From contig JASMKC010000023.1 in assembly GCA_030749415.1 (NCBI GenBank), positions 2,833 through 66,832 of the forward strand: 64,000 nt of DNA. Direction: 5' to 3'. Positions 17,867 through 27,858 of the stretch are shown here, piece by piece. Under the pieces are notes generated by a model. The model did no database searches. It was not told where the DNA came from and worked only from the letters and a program-made list of their open reading frames with translations. The number at the start of each line of letters is the position of its first letter. The stretch's first letter is position 1. The DNA comes from Myxococcota bacterium. GTDB taxonomy: Bacteria > Myxococcota_A > UBA9160 > SMWR01. Both the position numbers and the translations under genes were made by a program.

Positions 17867-18841
17867 ATGGCGTCGATCTTCAGCTACTCGAATCCGCCGA
17901 TCCAACTCGACAACGTGATCGAGGATCTCGACGCAGTCGTCGGGCTGCTCGAGCGCAACGCCCCCTACACCCCGCTGGGAGGCTGGTTCCGGCCGGACCA
18001 CGACGGGCAAGACGCGACGAGTCCCATGTGGTTCCAGAAGACCTGGATGGGTGCGGAGGTCGACGTGGAGGGCTCCGAGCTCTTCGTCGGGCACGAGCGC
18101 GTGCAAGAGGCGGTACGCCAGTTCTACGGCGCAGAAGTCGTGGTTCCGCATACGCTCTTCGTGAACCTGATGGCCGCGATTCCGGAGTGTGGCCCGGTGC
18201 ACACCGACAACCCGCTGTTTCGCGGTCGCGACCGCATGAATACGCCGATGCTGCTGTTGCGCACGATGTTCTGGTCGAGGCTCTTCGATGAGTGGGCGAC
18301 GAAGCAGGCGACATCGATCTGGTGGATGAACGACGTCGAGGGCGGCGGGATCGCGTACTGGCCGGAGGGTCCGGAGAAGCCGCCGCAGCGCCACGTGGGC
18401 GCGATGGCCAACACGTCGCTCGTCGGCGACAACCACGGCATGTTCCATCAGGTGGAGCCGGTGGGGCCCTTCCTCGACGAGCCGCTTCTCGTGAGCACGG
18501 CGGCCGAGTTGGCACCCGCGAGCGATGGCAGCGGGGATTGGGTCGTGATGGACCGCGGTGTAGAGGCCTACCGCGCGCCCCTCGACAAGATCCGGGTGAG
18601 CGTGCTCTGGAAGTCCCACGTCTTCTCCACCGAGGAGGAGCGGCGCCGCGTCGAGAACGACACCCTCTCGTTCGACGACGTGGCGCGGATCTTCAACGAA
18701 GACCTCGCGAAGCACGGAAAGGATTTCCGTTTCGACATCAGCCGGGTCGACGACCCCGACTTCATCGCCGAGCTTCGGAACATCTACCCCGAGCCCGTGC
18801 CGATCGGCACCCGCACGAGCGTATTCGACGTCTACAGCTGA
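17867..18841 (+). CDS. hypothetical protein; possible non-haem Fe(II) oxygenase-like fold
   Basis: Clean 324-aa ORF with coding-like composition. It has HxD (VHTDNP) and a downstream His (GDNHGMFHQV). I recognise no family with certainty. Confidence 0.6.
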   Translation: MASIFSYSNPPIQLDNVIEDLDAVVGLLERNAPYTPLGGWFRPDHDGQDATSPMWFQKTWMGAEVDVEGSELFVGHERVQEAVRQFYGAEVVVPHTLFVNLMAAIPECGPVHTDNPLFRGRDRMNTPMLLLRTMFWSRLFDEWATKQATSIWWMNDVEGGGIAYWPEGPEKPPQRHVGAMANTSLVGDNHGMFHQVEPVGPFLDEPLLVSTAAELAPASDGSGDWVVMDRGVEAYRAPLDKIRVSVLWKSHVFSTEEERRRVENDTLSFDDVARIFNEDLAKHGKDFRFDISRVDDPDFIAELRNIYPEPVPIGTRTSVFDVYS

Positions 18842-18889
18842 GTCCGGCAGCAGGGCTGCGGCGCGAGCGACCGATCGAGGCTCGCGTTA

Positions 18890-20218
18890 CTACTTGCCCA
18901 CCAGATGCTCGAATGCATCTTCGAAAATCGTCAATCCTTCTTCGAGATGACTATCCGGGATCGTCAACGCGGGCAAGAACCGGATGACGTTTCCACGAAT
19001 GCCGCATGACAAAATGAGCAGACCCCTTTTCGCAGCCTCTGCGACCAGGCCCTTGGCAAGACCGGGATCCGGTTGCTCTGGATTGCCATTCTGCACCAAC
19101 TCCACCGCAACCATTGCGCCCCGTTCCGATCGAACCTCGCCGATGATCTCCGGATGAAGCGACTGCATCTCCCGCAGCTTCTCCCCCATGCGAACTCCGA
19201 TCCGATTGGCTGCAGCGAGCAGATTTTCCTCCACAATCACATCGATCACAGCGAGTGCGGCTTCACATCCCACTGGCGAACCAGCATAGGTGCCCCCAAG
19301 CCCTCCAACTAGCGGCGCGTCCATGATCTCAGCAATTCCGACCACGGCTGCGATCGGGAAGCCACCCCCCAATCCCTTCGCAACGGCCACGATATCCGGC
19401 TCGATATCGGCATACTCGCTGCAAAAGAATCGCCCGCTCCGAGCGAAACCCGACTGGACCTCATCGGCAATCAGGACAATTCCGTGGTCATCACAGATTT
19501 GGCGCAACCCGCGAAGGAATTCGGGTGGAGCTGGGTAGAAGCCTCCCTCTCCCTGCACGGGCTCGACAATGATTGCAGCCACGTCGGCTACGGGAATATC
19601 CACTTTGAAGAGCATCCGAAGTGCTTTCAGAGAATCGTTGACTGAGATCCCGTGATAAGCGATCGGAAAAGGAATATGAAATACATCACCCGGAAATGGC
19701 CCGAATAGGTTCTTGTATGGCTCGACCTTCCCTGTCAGGCCCATCGCCAAGAGCGTTCGCCCATGAAAACCCCCGTGAAAAGCAATGATTCCCCGTCGGC
19801 CGGTATGAGCGCGAGCGATCTTCACAGTATTCTCGACAGCTTCTGCGCCGGTCGTTACGAAAATTGCCTTTTTTGAACGATCACCGGGCGCCAACTGGCC
19901 GAGCTTCTCGGCAAGCCTCACCGCCGAGGCATACGGAGTGACCATTACGCATGAGTGAGTAAACCGTTCAATTTGTTCGACCATCGCCTCCTTCACCCGG
20001 GGATGCACATGGCCGGTGTTGCACACCGCGATCCCGGCTGCGAAATCAACATATCGATTTCCCTCGATATCCCATACTTCCGCATTCCTGGCGCGATCGA
20101 TATAGATCGGCAAGGAATTGCCCTGCCCGCGCGCGATGGCCTGCTCCTTTCTAAGCTGCCATTGCTCATTTCTGAGCGGCATGGCATCAGCTGAGGTGTC
20201 GCGATGCAGACGACTCAT
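18890..20218 (-). CDS. gabT: 4-aminobutyrate--2-oxoglutarate transaminase (class III aminotransferase)
   Basis: Similar along its whole length to E. coli GabT as I recall it (AIARGQG.., GIAVCNTGHVHP, FHGGFHGRT, IADEVQSGFARSGRFF, GLGGTYAGSP). ATG 20218 lies 8 nt after GGAGGA. Confidence 0.9.
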   Translation of the reverse strand: MSRLHRDTSADAMPLRNEQWQLRKEQAIARGQGNSLPIYIDRARNAEVWDIEGNRYVDFAAGIAVCNTGHVHPRVKEAMVEQIERFTHSCVMVTPYASAVRLAEKLGQLAPGDRSKKAIFVTTGAEAVENTVKIARAHTGRRGIIAFHGGFHGRTLLAMGLTGKVEPYKNLFGPFPGDVFHIPFPIAYHGISVNDSLKALRMLFKVDIPVADVAAIIVEPVQGEGGFYPAPPEFLRGLRQICDDHGIVLIADEVQSGFARSGRFFCSEYADIEPDIVAVAKGLGGGFPIAAVVGIAEIMDAPLVGGLGGTYAGSPVGCEAALAVIDVIVEENLLAAANRIGVRMGEKLREMQSLHPEIIGEVRSERGAMVAVELVQNGNPEQPDPGLAKGLVAEAAKRGLLILSCGIRGNVIRFLPALTIPDSHLEEGLTIFEDAFEHLVGK

Positions 20219-20425
20219 TGGTCGATTCCTCCAGAGCATATGTATTTGATCTCGAGTTAGTCATCGAGGCTTGTGTGTTCTCAGTATCCGTCCGAGATGT
20301 CGATGGCGCCGATCGAAGGGCTCACCGACGGTCTCTATGCTGCTTCTCTCCACACGTATCGATGCTGAAGGCCGCCGACTCGAGGCAATCCGACGACTTG
20401 GGCACGGATGACGGCCGAGACTCGG

Positions 20426-20501
20426 GAGCATAGGAAGTCCAAGCTGCCTTGTCCCTGGGTCTGAGGAGTAGATATTCCGTTCGATAGGGATCGGGGAGGG
20501 G
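20426..20501 (+). repeat. copy of the interspersed 5' module (divergent)
   Basis: gagcataggaagtccaagctgccttgtccctgggtctgaggagtagatattccgttcgatagggatcggggagggg. Confidence 0.75.
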
Positions 20502-20859
20502 CATGTCGCTTTTCGCCGTCTCATTTCATTCCGCCGATCGTTTGCTGATAACGGTCTCGGGGCTCGGGTTGTGTTTTCAGTCTGCTCGAGATCGACAGTG
20601 TCGGTATACATTTCGATGGAGAAATGCGTCCGAACTTGTCCATGCGTACTCGCAGATGCCCGGTTGGTGCGCTCCGGCCGTCGCTCCCCTCCGCGCCCAT
20701 CGTCGGGAGGGGCTTGAAAGACCGGACTCCTTTCTCTGATTCTATTGGACAGGATGTCTACTATTTGGACCCAGGGAAAGGCTATTTTGTGTATATGGCG
20801 ATATCGAGAATGGACTGGTTCTTCAATTCTTCAATGGCGACACATCCGTTGATATTCAA

Positions 20860-21504
20860 TTCTAGTTTTGCACTCGGGGCGGCAGCGGGCTCCACCGTCA
20901 TCTGTGCGAACCGGATCCTGGAAGATCGTTGCACTCCCGATCTGGGAGCTCTTCGAGATGGCCACCGAGAGCGCCTTCTCCGGTGAGTTCGTGGCCCAGG
21001 TGAAGCACCTCGACAAGCAGTCGGCGATCTTTGGGATCACCGCCGCGCTCCGAGAGCCGCTCTACGACTAGAAGTTCTTCGTGCTCACCGACGGAGAGCG
21101 CTGCGGCTTCCCGATTTCCGGGTTCATGGCGAGTAATGTCACGCCCAGCCTGGCACCGAAGGACGGCCACCTCTTCGAAGTCTGCTGTCAAATGCGACTT
21201 CGAGATCGATGACGATCGGGCACGGCTTCGGAAGACGCTCGAGCTACTCGAAGAAGATCTCGAAGCGATGTTTCCGGGCTGGCGGGAGCCGGTGGTCTGG
21301 AAGAAGTCCTACTTCCACTGGGAGGAGCCGGCGCGAAACGCCGGAGGCGCCGGTGTCTTCCGCTCGGCATCCGAGGCGCCCGATGTGGAGGGACTCTACT
21401 TTGCCGGCGACACGGTGGCCTCGCGTGTGTTGCCCGGCCTCGAGTGTGCCGCTGATTCCGCCATGCTCTGCGCGAAGGAGATTCTCGGAACGCTACCCTC
21501 GTAG
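20860..21504 (+). pseudogene. decayed C-terminal part of a CrtI-like FAD oxidoreductase
   Basis: CrtI-like segments (IVALPIWELFEM..., FFVLTDGERCGFPISGFMASNVTPSLAPKDGHLFEV, ...GLYFAGDTVASRVLPGLECAADSAMLCAKEIL) are interrupted by an in-frame TAG (21069-21071) and a frame change near 21180-21195. The N-terminal FAD domain is missing. Confidence 0.65.
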
Positions 21505-21760
21505 CGGCCGCCGCGCGCGCTCCGGATGGAGGGCTGGGAAGTGCCAGACGTCGTTGACTCCCACACCCTGGTTTCGAGCTGCCTATGGGTTTCAGCCCGC
21601 TCTCGATGTCCCCTGTTGCCCCTTGTGAAATCAGGCGCCCCACAGCAGAGCTTCCCGGGTTTCTCGTAGGGGAACGGTCGGGCTGATGGTCTACAAAAGT
21701 CCGGGCACATGCCCGATTCCGGGAGCATGGGGACGGCGCCGGCCGACGCGGGGGTACACG

Positions 21761-23611
21761 CTACTCCCCGGAGGTGGCGAAGCGGATCTCCAGCCCCTTC
21801 ATCCCGCCGTCGGCCCGGCAATCCTCCAATATCTGCATGAACTCCCCCGGCTCGCCGAAGAAGAAGCCGTTCTGGCGGCTCATCTTTCCGGGCTTGCCCT
21901 CGTTGTTGTAGTAGCTGGGCGTGCAGGTCTGCATGAAGTCGCCGGTTTTGGCTGCCAGGCTCAGAACTGCTTCGACCCACTCGTTCTCGGCCTCTTCCGA
22001 GACCTCCAGTGACTCGACGCCCTGATCGAGGGCACGCTTGACGATGAAGGCGATGTGTTTGGCCGTATCGCCGAGCCCGTGCGTGAAGTTCACGGCGAAG
22101 CCGGACTGGACGATGCTCATGATGAAGAAGCAGTTCGGGAAGCCGCGCGAGTGCATGCCGTGCAGCGTACGCGTGCCGTCCGCCCATCGTTCCGTCAGGG
22201 TCTTTCCGTCGCGTCCGATGATCTCGTACCCGCCGCGCCGCGTGTAGTCGGTCCCCACCTCGAAGCCGGAGGCGTAGATCAGGCAGTCCACCTCGTACTC
22301 CTTGCCGTCGACCACGACGCCCTTGCTCGTGACGCGTTCCACACCCTTTCCCTTCGTGTCCACGAGGGTGACGTTGTCGCGGTTGAAGGTAGGCAGGTAC
22401 TCGTTGTGGATGCAGGGTCGCTTGCAGAACTGGCGGTAGTAAGGCTTGAGTGCCTCTGCCGTCGCTTCGTCTTCGACGACCGCATCCACGCGGGTGCGGA
22501 TCTGCTCCATCTTCTCGAAGTCCGCCAGTTCGATCTGCTTCTCCAGGACCTCGGGCGACAGGTCCGGCGAGACCGACTTCTGGATATTCGCGGCGAGATT
22601 TCGGATGATGTCGGTCCAGTTGTCGCTCACCAGATCTTCTTCCTGGTAGCCCCCCGCTGTGAGGATCTGGAAGTTGTCCATTCTCTTCTGGTGCCAGCCG
22701 GGCTCCAGGTTCTGCACCCACTTGGGGTCGGTGGGTTCGTTTTCCTTCAGGTCGACCGACGACGGCGTTCGCTGGAAGACGTACAGCTGCTCCGCCGCCT
22801 CGCCCAGGTGCGGCACGCACTGCACCGCAGTTGCACCGGTACCGATGATGCCGACGCGCTTGCCGTGCAGCCCGGTCAGGTTCCCATCCGAATCCCCACC
22901 GGTGTAAGCGTAGTCCCAGCGGCTGGCGTGGAATGAGTGCCCCTCGAAATTCTCGATCCCGGGGATCCCGGGCAGCTTCGGGTGGTTCAGCACCCCGAGC
23001 GCCATGCACACGTAGTGCGCTCGCATGCAATCGCCGCGGTTGGTCGAGATGATCCAGCGCGAGGTTTCCTCGTCCCAGCGTATCTCCGTCACCTTGGTCT
23101 GGAAGCAGACGTCCCGGTAGAGGTCGTACTTTCGGCCGATCCGCTGGCAGTGCTCGAGGATCTCGGCGCCGGTGGCGTACTTCTGTTCGGGCATGTAGCC
23201 GGTCTCTTCGAGCAGCGGCAGGTAGATGTAGGACTCGATGTCGCAGGCGATGCCCGGATAGCGGTTCCAGTACCAGGTTCCACCGAAGTCGCCGGCGCTG
23301 TCGATGATGCGGATGCCCTCGATGCCTTCGTCGCGCAGCCGCGCGCCGGCCAGAAGCCCGCCAAACCCGCCCCCGATGATCGCCACCTCGACCTCGTCGG
23401 TCAGCGGCTCACGGGTGAAGCCGGGTTCGACGTAGGGATCTTCGAGGTAATTCGAAAACTCACCCTTGAGTTCGAGGTATTGCTCGTTGGCGTCTTCGCG
23501 GAGGCGCTTGCGCCGCTCCTCTTCGTATTTCGCACGCAGCACCTCTGCGTCGAATTCGGGTGCATCTGCCGCCGGAGTATTCTCAGTTGAATCGCGGGTC
23601 TCGGTTGCCAT
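21761..23611 (-). CDS. Baeyer-Villiger (type I flavin) monooxygenase
   Basis: ATG 23611. Motifs: VAIIGGGFGGLLAG, FGGTWYWNRYPG, the BVMO fingerprint FEGHSFHASRWD, and GIIGTGATAVQ. Confidence 0.9.
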   Translation of the reverse strand: MATETRDSTENTPAADAPEFDAEVLRAKYEEERRKRLREDANEQYLELKGEFSNYLEDPYVEPGFTREPLTDEVEVAIIGGGFGGLLAGARLRDEGIEGIRIIDSAGDFGGTWYWNRYPGIACDIESYIYLPLLEETGYMPEQKYATGAEILEHCQRIGRKYDLYRDVCFQTKVTEIRWDEETSRWIISTNRGDCMRAHYVCMALGVLNHPKLPGIPGIENFEGHSFHASRWDYAYTGGDSDGNLTGLHGKRVGIIGTGATAVQCVPHLGEAAEQLYVFQRTPSSVDLKENEPTDPKWVQNLEPGWHQKRMDNFQILTAGGYQEEDLVSDNWTDIIRNLAANIQKSVSPDLSPEVLEKQIELADFEKMEQIRTRVDAVVEDEATAEALKPYYRQFCKRPCIHNEYLPTFNRDNVTLVDTKGKGVERVTSKGVVVDGKEYEVDCLIYASGFEVGTDYTRRGGYEIIGRDGKTLTERWADGTRTLHGMHSRGFPNCFFIMSIVQSGFAVNFTHGLGDTAKHIAFIVKRALDQGVESLEVSEEAENEWVEAVLSLAAKTGDFMQTCTPSYYNNEGKPGKMSRQNGFFFGEPGEFMQILEDCRADGGMKGLEIRFATSGE

Positions 23612-23862
23612 GGTCCCTGCCTGCTCGTTTCTGCTAGTCGAGCGAAATGCCCTGCACGTCCTGGGGATTCTACTGAACTGTAGAGGATTTGGTTCCAAGA
23701 ATTCACCGGTCCAGAATCCACCGGCCGGCGACCAGCGGGCGCAACACGCGAGCCGAGGCGGAACGCCCCATTCATCCAATGCCTTTCCAGGATCCCCACC
23801 TGTCGATGAATCTTGCCCGTACGCGCACTGAATCGTTGGCCACGGCAGAAGGGGCAGGTTCT

Positions 23863-24705
23863 CTATTTCTCGAAGAGCATCAGCATCGAAGAGGTGAAGA
23901 AGGCGAGTGCCCCGGCGGCGGTCATGCCCACCGATGTGAGGGCCGACCATTCCGAGGGAGAAAGGAAGACCACCAGGGTGAGAATGGCCGAGCCCATGAA
24001 GAGGATGCATCCCCAGAAGTTGACGATCGTGATGGATGACTGCAGAGATCGTCGTGGCCAGAAAATGATGTGGTGGTTGAATTCCACGACCCCGAAGGTG
24101 CCGGAGATCAGGAAGAGGATCGATCCTGCGAGGTCCGGCATTCCAATACCGATGAGTTCGGCTCCGAGTGTCTGGCTGAGAAATGCATCAAAGGTGTTGA
24201 AGTTGAAGAAAATGGTGCCAACGAACTGAGAGAAGACGACCCAGAAATCCATCCGGTCGGGCTGCCAGGCCCACCAGCGCCAGGGCCTCGAGACCCATTG
24301 GAGATGAATATCATCGCTATTGTTGATCGATTGAACGTACTGAAGGTAAGCGGCCAGCGTGAAGAAGATGGATCCGATGAAGTAGGTCAGGCTCTGCGTG
24401 AAGACTGAACCGAGGTTCAAGAGGCTGAGTAGCGCCGCAATGAAGAATAGACTGGCGCCGATGATGAACCGAATGGCGATGGGCCGGTTCAAGTGCCGGG
24501 TCAGGCTCTCCACTTCGGTGCGGGTTGCATTCGTGAGGGGGCCGAGGCCCTTTCGGTGCCGGCGTGCATTCCACAGGATGTGCCGGCCTGCTTCATCGAT
24601 CAATTCCAACTCGGTGATGAACCGACCGAGCGCCCTTATTCCCTTGCGTTCCCAACTGTCGGGATGGTCGGGGAAGTCATATGATGCGAATTGCTCTGTC
24701 CCCAA
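23863..24705 (-). CDS. hypothetical integral membrane protein
   Basis: 280-aa ORF with about 6 hydrophobic segments, in a lower-GC stretch. No family recognised. Confidence 0.55.
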   Translation of the reverse strand: MGTEQFASYDFPDHPDSWERKGIRALGRFITELELIDEAGRHILWNARRHRKGLGPLTNATRTEVESLTRHLNRPIAIRFIIGASLFFIAALLSLLNLGSVFTQSLTYFIGSIFFTLAAYLQYVQSINNSDDIHLQWVSRPWRWWAWQPDRMDFWVVFSQFVGTIFFNFNTFDAFLSQTLGAELIGIGMPDLAGSILFLISGTFGVVEFNHHIIFWPRRSLQSSITIVNFWGCILFMGSAILTLVVFLSPSEWSALTSVGMTAAGALAFFTSSMLMLFEK

Positions 24706-24964
24706 AATCCCCTACGGCTCCTTTCGATCAAAATCATCAACGGATGGGTACCGGTGAACTTCAAACCTTCCCACGCAAAAAGTCATTGGTGTGCATGGTA
24801 TCCATATATTCCTTCCACTCCGCCCGCTGGCCTCGGCCTGCTCTCGATGTCCTTTGACCGATATCATGCGAGTCCAAGGGTGTAGAATGGGTTTTTGAAC
24901 TTCCAATCCGCTGCGCACCTTACCAAAGGCTGATGAGACGAATCCCGTTGTCGAGAGGCACACC

Positions 24965-26650
24965 ATGAGCGCGACGCGTGGTCTTGCGGCCCTGTGCTCC
25001 ACCCTGGGCTTCGTGCTGGGTTTCGCCGCAGTGGTTTCAGCGGATGAAGTCGGGCAGAAACTCGTTCGCCTGGAGCCCGAGGCGCCCGTCAAGCTCAGGC
25101 CAGGCAAGCAGCTCGAAGAAGAACCCTTGTACGGCGTCTACTACGACCGGCGCGAGCCCTCCTTTTATACGGGTTTTGCACCCCGCTCCCAGGATCCGAA
25201 CCGGGTGCATCTTCAGGTCGGTCGGGGCAATCAACTGCGCATCACAGCGGTTTTGTCTGAAGAGGTGATTTCCGGCTACGCGCGTGATCTGCTCACCCGT
25301 CGGCAGACCTATCGCGATCTGATCGCCAAGCGGCGAGTCGTCCTTACACAGAACACGGGCTTCGAAGAATTTGAAAATACGACCGAAGAGATCGACCTGG
25401 AAGAACTCGTCGCCGACGAGGTGAAACTGTCGCCATCGGAACTGATGGAACGCAACCTTGAACTGATGGAGCGTCTGAATCCGGGACGCATCTTCCGCGT
25501 CGACATACCCGTAGACCAACTCGTGCGGCGCTGGGCTTCCCATCTGCGGCCGGTGGACCGTGAAAAGCTGTCGCGCGATCGGGAACTCGAACTCGTGAAC
25601 CTCATGCTGCCCACGCGTCTCTGGATCGCGAAGCTCTCACCCCAGAACAAGCGCGCGCTGCGGGAGCTCATCGCCGTGACGCCCCAGGGAGAAACTCTCG
25701 ACCCGGACGCTCTCGACGAGCTGCGTCCGCGCTTCCTGGCCTTCTTCCAGAAAATGTCGAAGGGCCTTTACCCGGAGCGTGACGGCAGCATCCGGTTCGT
25801 AGAGTTCACCGCCATCCATCCCATCGGGACCTTCAACGATTACACCGATTTCAACGGCGAGAAGATTCCCCTGTATCCGACGCCGGGCCGGAGGGCCCTG
25901 ACCACCCACCAGCGCACCCAGACGGTGGACCATATTCCCACCAAGCTCTCCTATAGCTATTTCCCATGGCTTCCTTACATGCATGTGGGCGATACGCTTC
26001 ACAACTCATTCCACACGCTCTGGTGGCCCATGCCCGCCAACGGGCCGGAATTCCTTCCGCCGGAGTGGCAGGAGGTGGATCGCGGCAGCCGGGATGGGGA
26101 ACCCTTTGAGAACCTGTGGCTGCTGTCGCGTGGCCCCATGTCGAGCGGTTGCACCCACCTGAATGCCGGGCACATCTCCGAATTGCGCCAGTTGATGCCC
26201 TCGGATACCCAGAAGCTCTATGAGATCGATGTCTTCCTCAATCGTTCCTACGACTACGACGTCTTCGACATAGACGGCGATCTGGAACCGGAGGTGATGG
26301 GGGTCAAGTACTACATCGCCTACTCGCTGCGGAACAAGCGGCCGAACCGACTTCGAGCGCGCAACGAGCGTCACGCCTTCTACAAATGGCTGTATGCTGG
26401 AAGCGATATTCGTTTCGATCCGAACACGGACCGGGTCTGGTTCGCAAAGGTTCAGGACGGGCGATTCGTCGAGCGCACAGCAAAAAAGGGCCGCATCTAC
26501 CGCGACCTTCCTCTCTATGAAGCTGAATACCAGCCGGAACGGATTCAGTTCTATCGGCCGCGGAGCATCGAATTCGTCCGAGAGCTCCGAAAAGTGGCCC
26601 TCGAGCATCCGTTCGACGGTATGCCTCCGTCCAGGTCGCCAGCGGAATGA
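24965..26650 (+). CDS. secreted hypothetical protein with an L,D-transpeptidase (YkuD)-like Cys motif
   Basis: Signal peptide MSATRGLAALCSTLGFVLGFAAVVSA. The C-terminal half has FHTLWW...SRGPMSSGCTHLNAGHISEL, resembling H...S-x-G-C-[IT]-[RH]. Confidence 0.7.
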   Translation: MSATRGLAALCSTLGFVLGFAAVVSADEVGQKLVRLEPEAPVKLRPGKQLEEEPLYGVYYDRREPSFYTGFAPRSQDPNRVHLQVGRGNQLRITAVLSEEVISGYARDLLTRRQTYRDLIAKRRVVLTQNTGFEEFENTTEEIDLEELVADEVKLSPSELMERNLELMERLNPGRIFRVDIPVDQLVRRWASHLRPVDREKLSRDRELELVNLMLPTRLWIAKLSPQNKRALRELIAVTPQGETLDPDALDELRPRFLAFFQKMSKGLYPERDGSIRFVEFTAIHPIGTFNDYTDFNGEKIPLYPTPGRRALTTHQRTQTVDHIPTKLSYSYFPWLPYMHVGDTLHNSFHTLWWPMPANGPEFLPPEWQEVDRGSRDGEPFENLWLLSRGPMSSGCTHLNAGHISELRQLMPSDTQKLYEIDVFLNRSYDYDVFDIDGDLEPEVMGVKYYIAYSLRNKRPNRLRARNERHAFYKWLYAGSDIRFDPNTDRVWFAKVQDGRFVERTAKKGRIYRDLPLYEAEYQPERIQFYRPRSIEFVRELRKVALEHPFDGMPPSRSPAE

Positions 26651-26677
26651 TCTCCGCGGGCTCGCTGTTCGGGTGAG

Positions 26678-26750
26678 GAGGCATAGGAAGTTCGAGTTGC
26701 ATTTCCTCTTGGGTCCGATGAGTCGACATTCTGTCCAATAGAGGCAGGCC
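26678..26750 (+). repeat. copy of the interspersed 5' module
   Basis: gaggcataggaagttcgagttgcatttcctcttgggtccgatgagtcgacattctgtccaataga..., starting 28 nt after the upstream stop codon. Confidence 0.8.
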
Positions 26751-26967
26751 AGCGGATCAACTCCCGGTTCAGGCCAAACTCGCGCTGCTCGAGCAGCCCA
26801 GGCGGCGTATCAGCACCCGCACGCGCCGCAATATTCAATATCCAGGCGTCTGCACGCACAGGTGAGATTTCAGTGTTCCTTCGGGCGGTTGCCAACCCGC
26901 CCCCCCGTGAGTTATGACGTTGGATGAATATCAGAGTTTCAGTGGCTAACTAGTTAGGCGGTACCAG

Positions 26968-27558
26968 GTGAGCACACTTCCTCTGAAGGTCTGTCTGAGC
27001 TGCCACGCCGAGTACGTCCATACGGCAACTCGGTGCAAAGACTGCGACGCTGAGCTGCACGTAGTAGAAGACTCCCGGCCGGCCGAAGGCTCCATCCTGC
27101 CCGATCCAGCGGGGCTCTCTGGCTTGGTTCGCGGTGGACCATGGGAACTCGAGCGGATTGCACGAGCACTCTCGGAGGCCGGAATCCCCAGCCGAATCGA
27201 CAGCTTCCCTCCGGGAGAGCCGATTGAGAGTGCCGGTCGGCTCAGAGGCAACTCGGGACACGGACTCGACCTCTGCGTCTACGTGCTTCCAGAACATTCT
27301 GATCGCGCCCACCAGACCCTCGAACAGCACCGAGCGGCAACGCTACCCGGTACGCCGGAAGCAGGCGCCGTTGGGGTTCAACTCGAAACCTGTCCCGCGT
27401 GCGGCACCCCGTTTGGGGCCGGTGCGAAGTCCTGCTCAGATTGTGGGCTTCAATTCCCCGCGGCAGTCTACCTCTGCGAGTGTGGGTCTGAGGTAGCCGC
27501 CGATGACGAAGCATGTCCAGGCTGCGGCACGCCTCTTAGCGAGGAGGGTGTAGCCTAG
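26968..27558 (+). CDS. zinc-ribbon domain protein (hypothetical)
   Basis: GTG start. Four CxxC pairs: CLSC..CKDC; CPAC..CSDC; CECG..CPGC. Confidence 0.5.
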   Translation: MSTLPLKVCLSCHAEYVHTATRCKDCDAELHVVEDSRPAEGSILPDPAGLSGLVRGGPWELERIARALSEAGIPSRIDSFPPGEPIESAGRLRGNSGHGLDLCVYVLPEHSDRAHQTLEQHRAATLPGTPEAGAVGVQLETCPACGTPFGAGAKSCSDCGLQFPAAVYLCECGSEVAADDEACPGCGTPLSEEGVA

Positions 27559-27858
27559 GAAGGCGCTGCAGCTGACCAGGCCAACACGCATTCGAATCCA
27601 CTTTGGAGCGTCTGGCACCAAAACTCGGGCGCTTCGGGCCACCATAAGCGGTGGGTCCGAAAGCTGGGCGCCCGGTCCGTTGGGCAGCCGAAAAAGTGGA
27701 TGGAATGGGGGAAGATGAGGCGCTTCAATCCCGGCGGCAGGTCGCCGCTGTCTGCTCAGTCCGTTGGGCGGCTGGACTCACCGAGAAACGTGGACTTCGC
27801 AGAAGCATCCTACGTGCGGCTTCCGTCGCTTCGAGAGCATCCCTAGAGGGTCGAGTGG

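Noticed and set aside
27675-27772. 14-nt near-identical direct repeat GTCCGTTGGGC(A/G)GC at 27675-27688 and 27759-27772
   Set aside because: Short, GC-rich and only two copies in a non-coding spacer. It could easily arise by chance and is not worth a separate finding.
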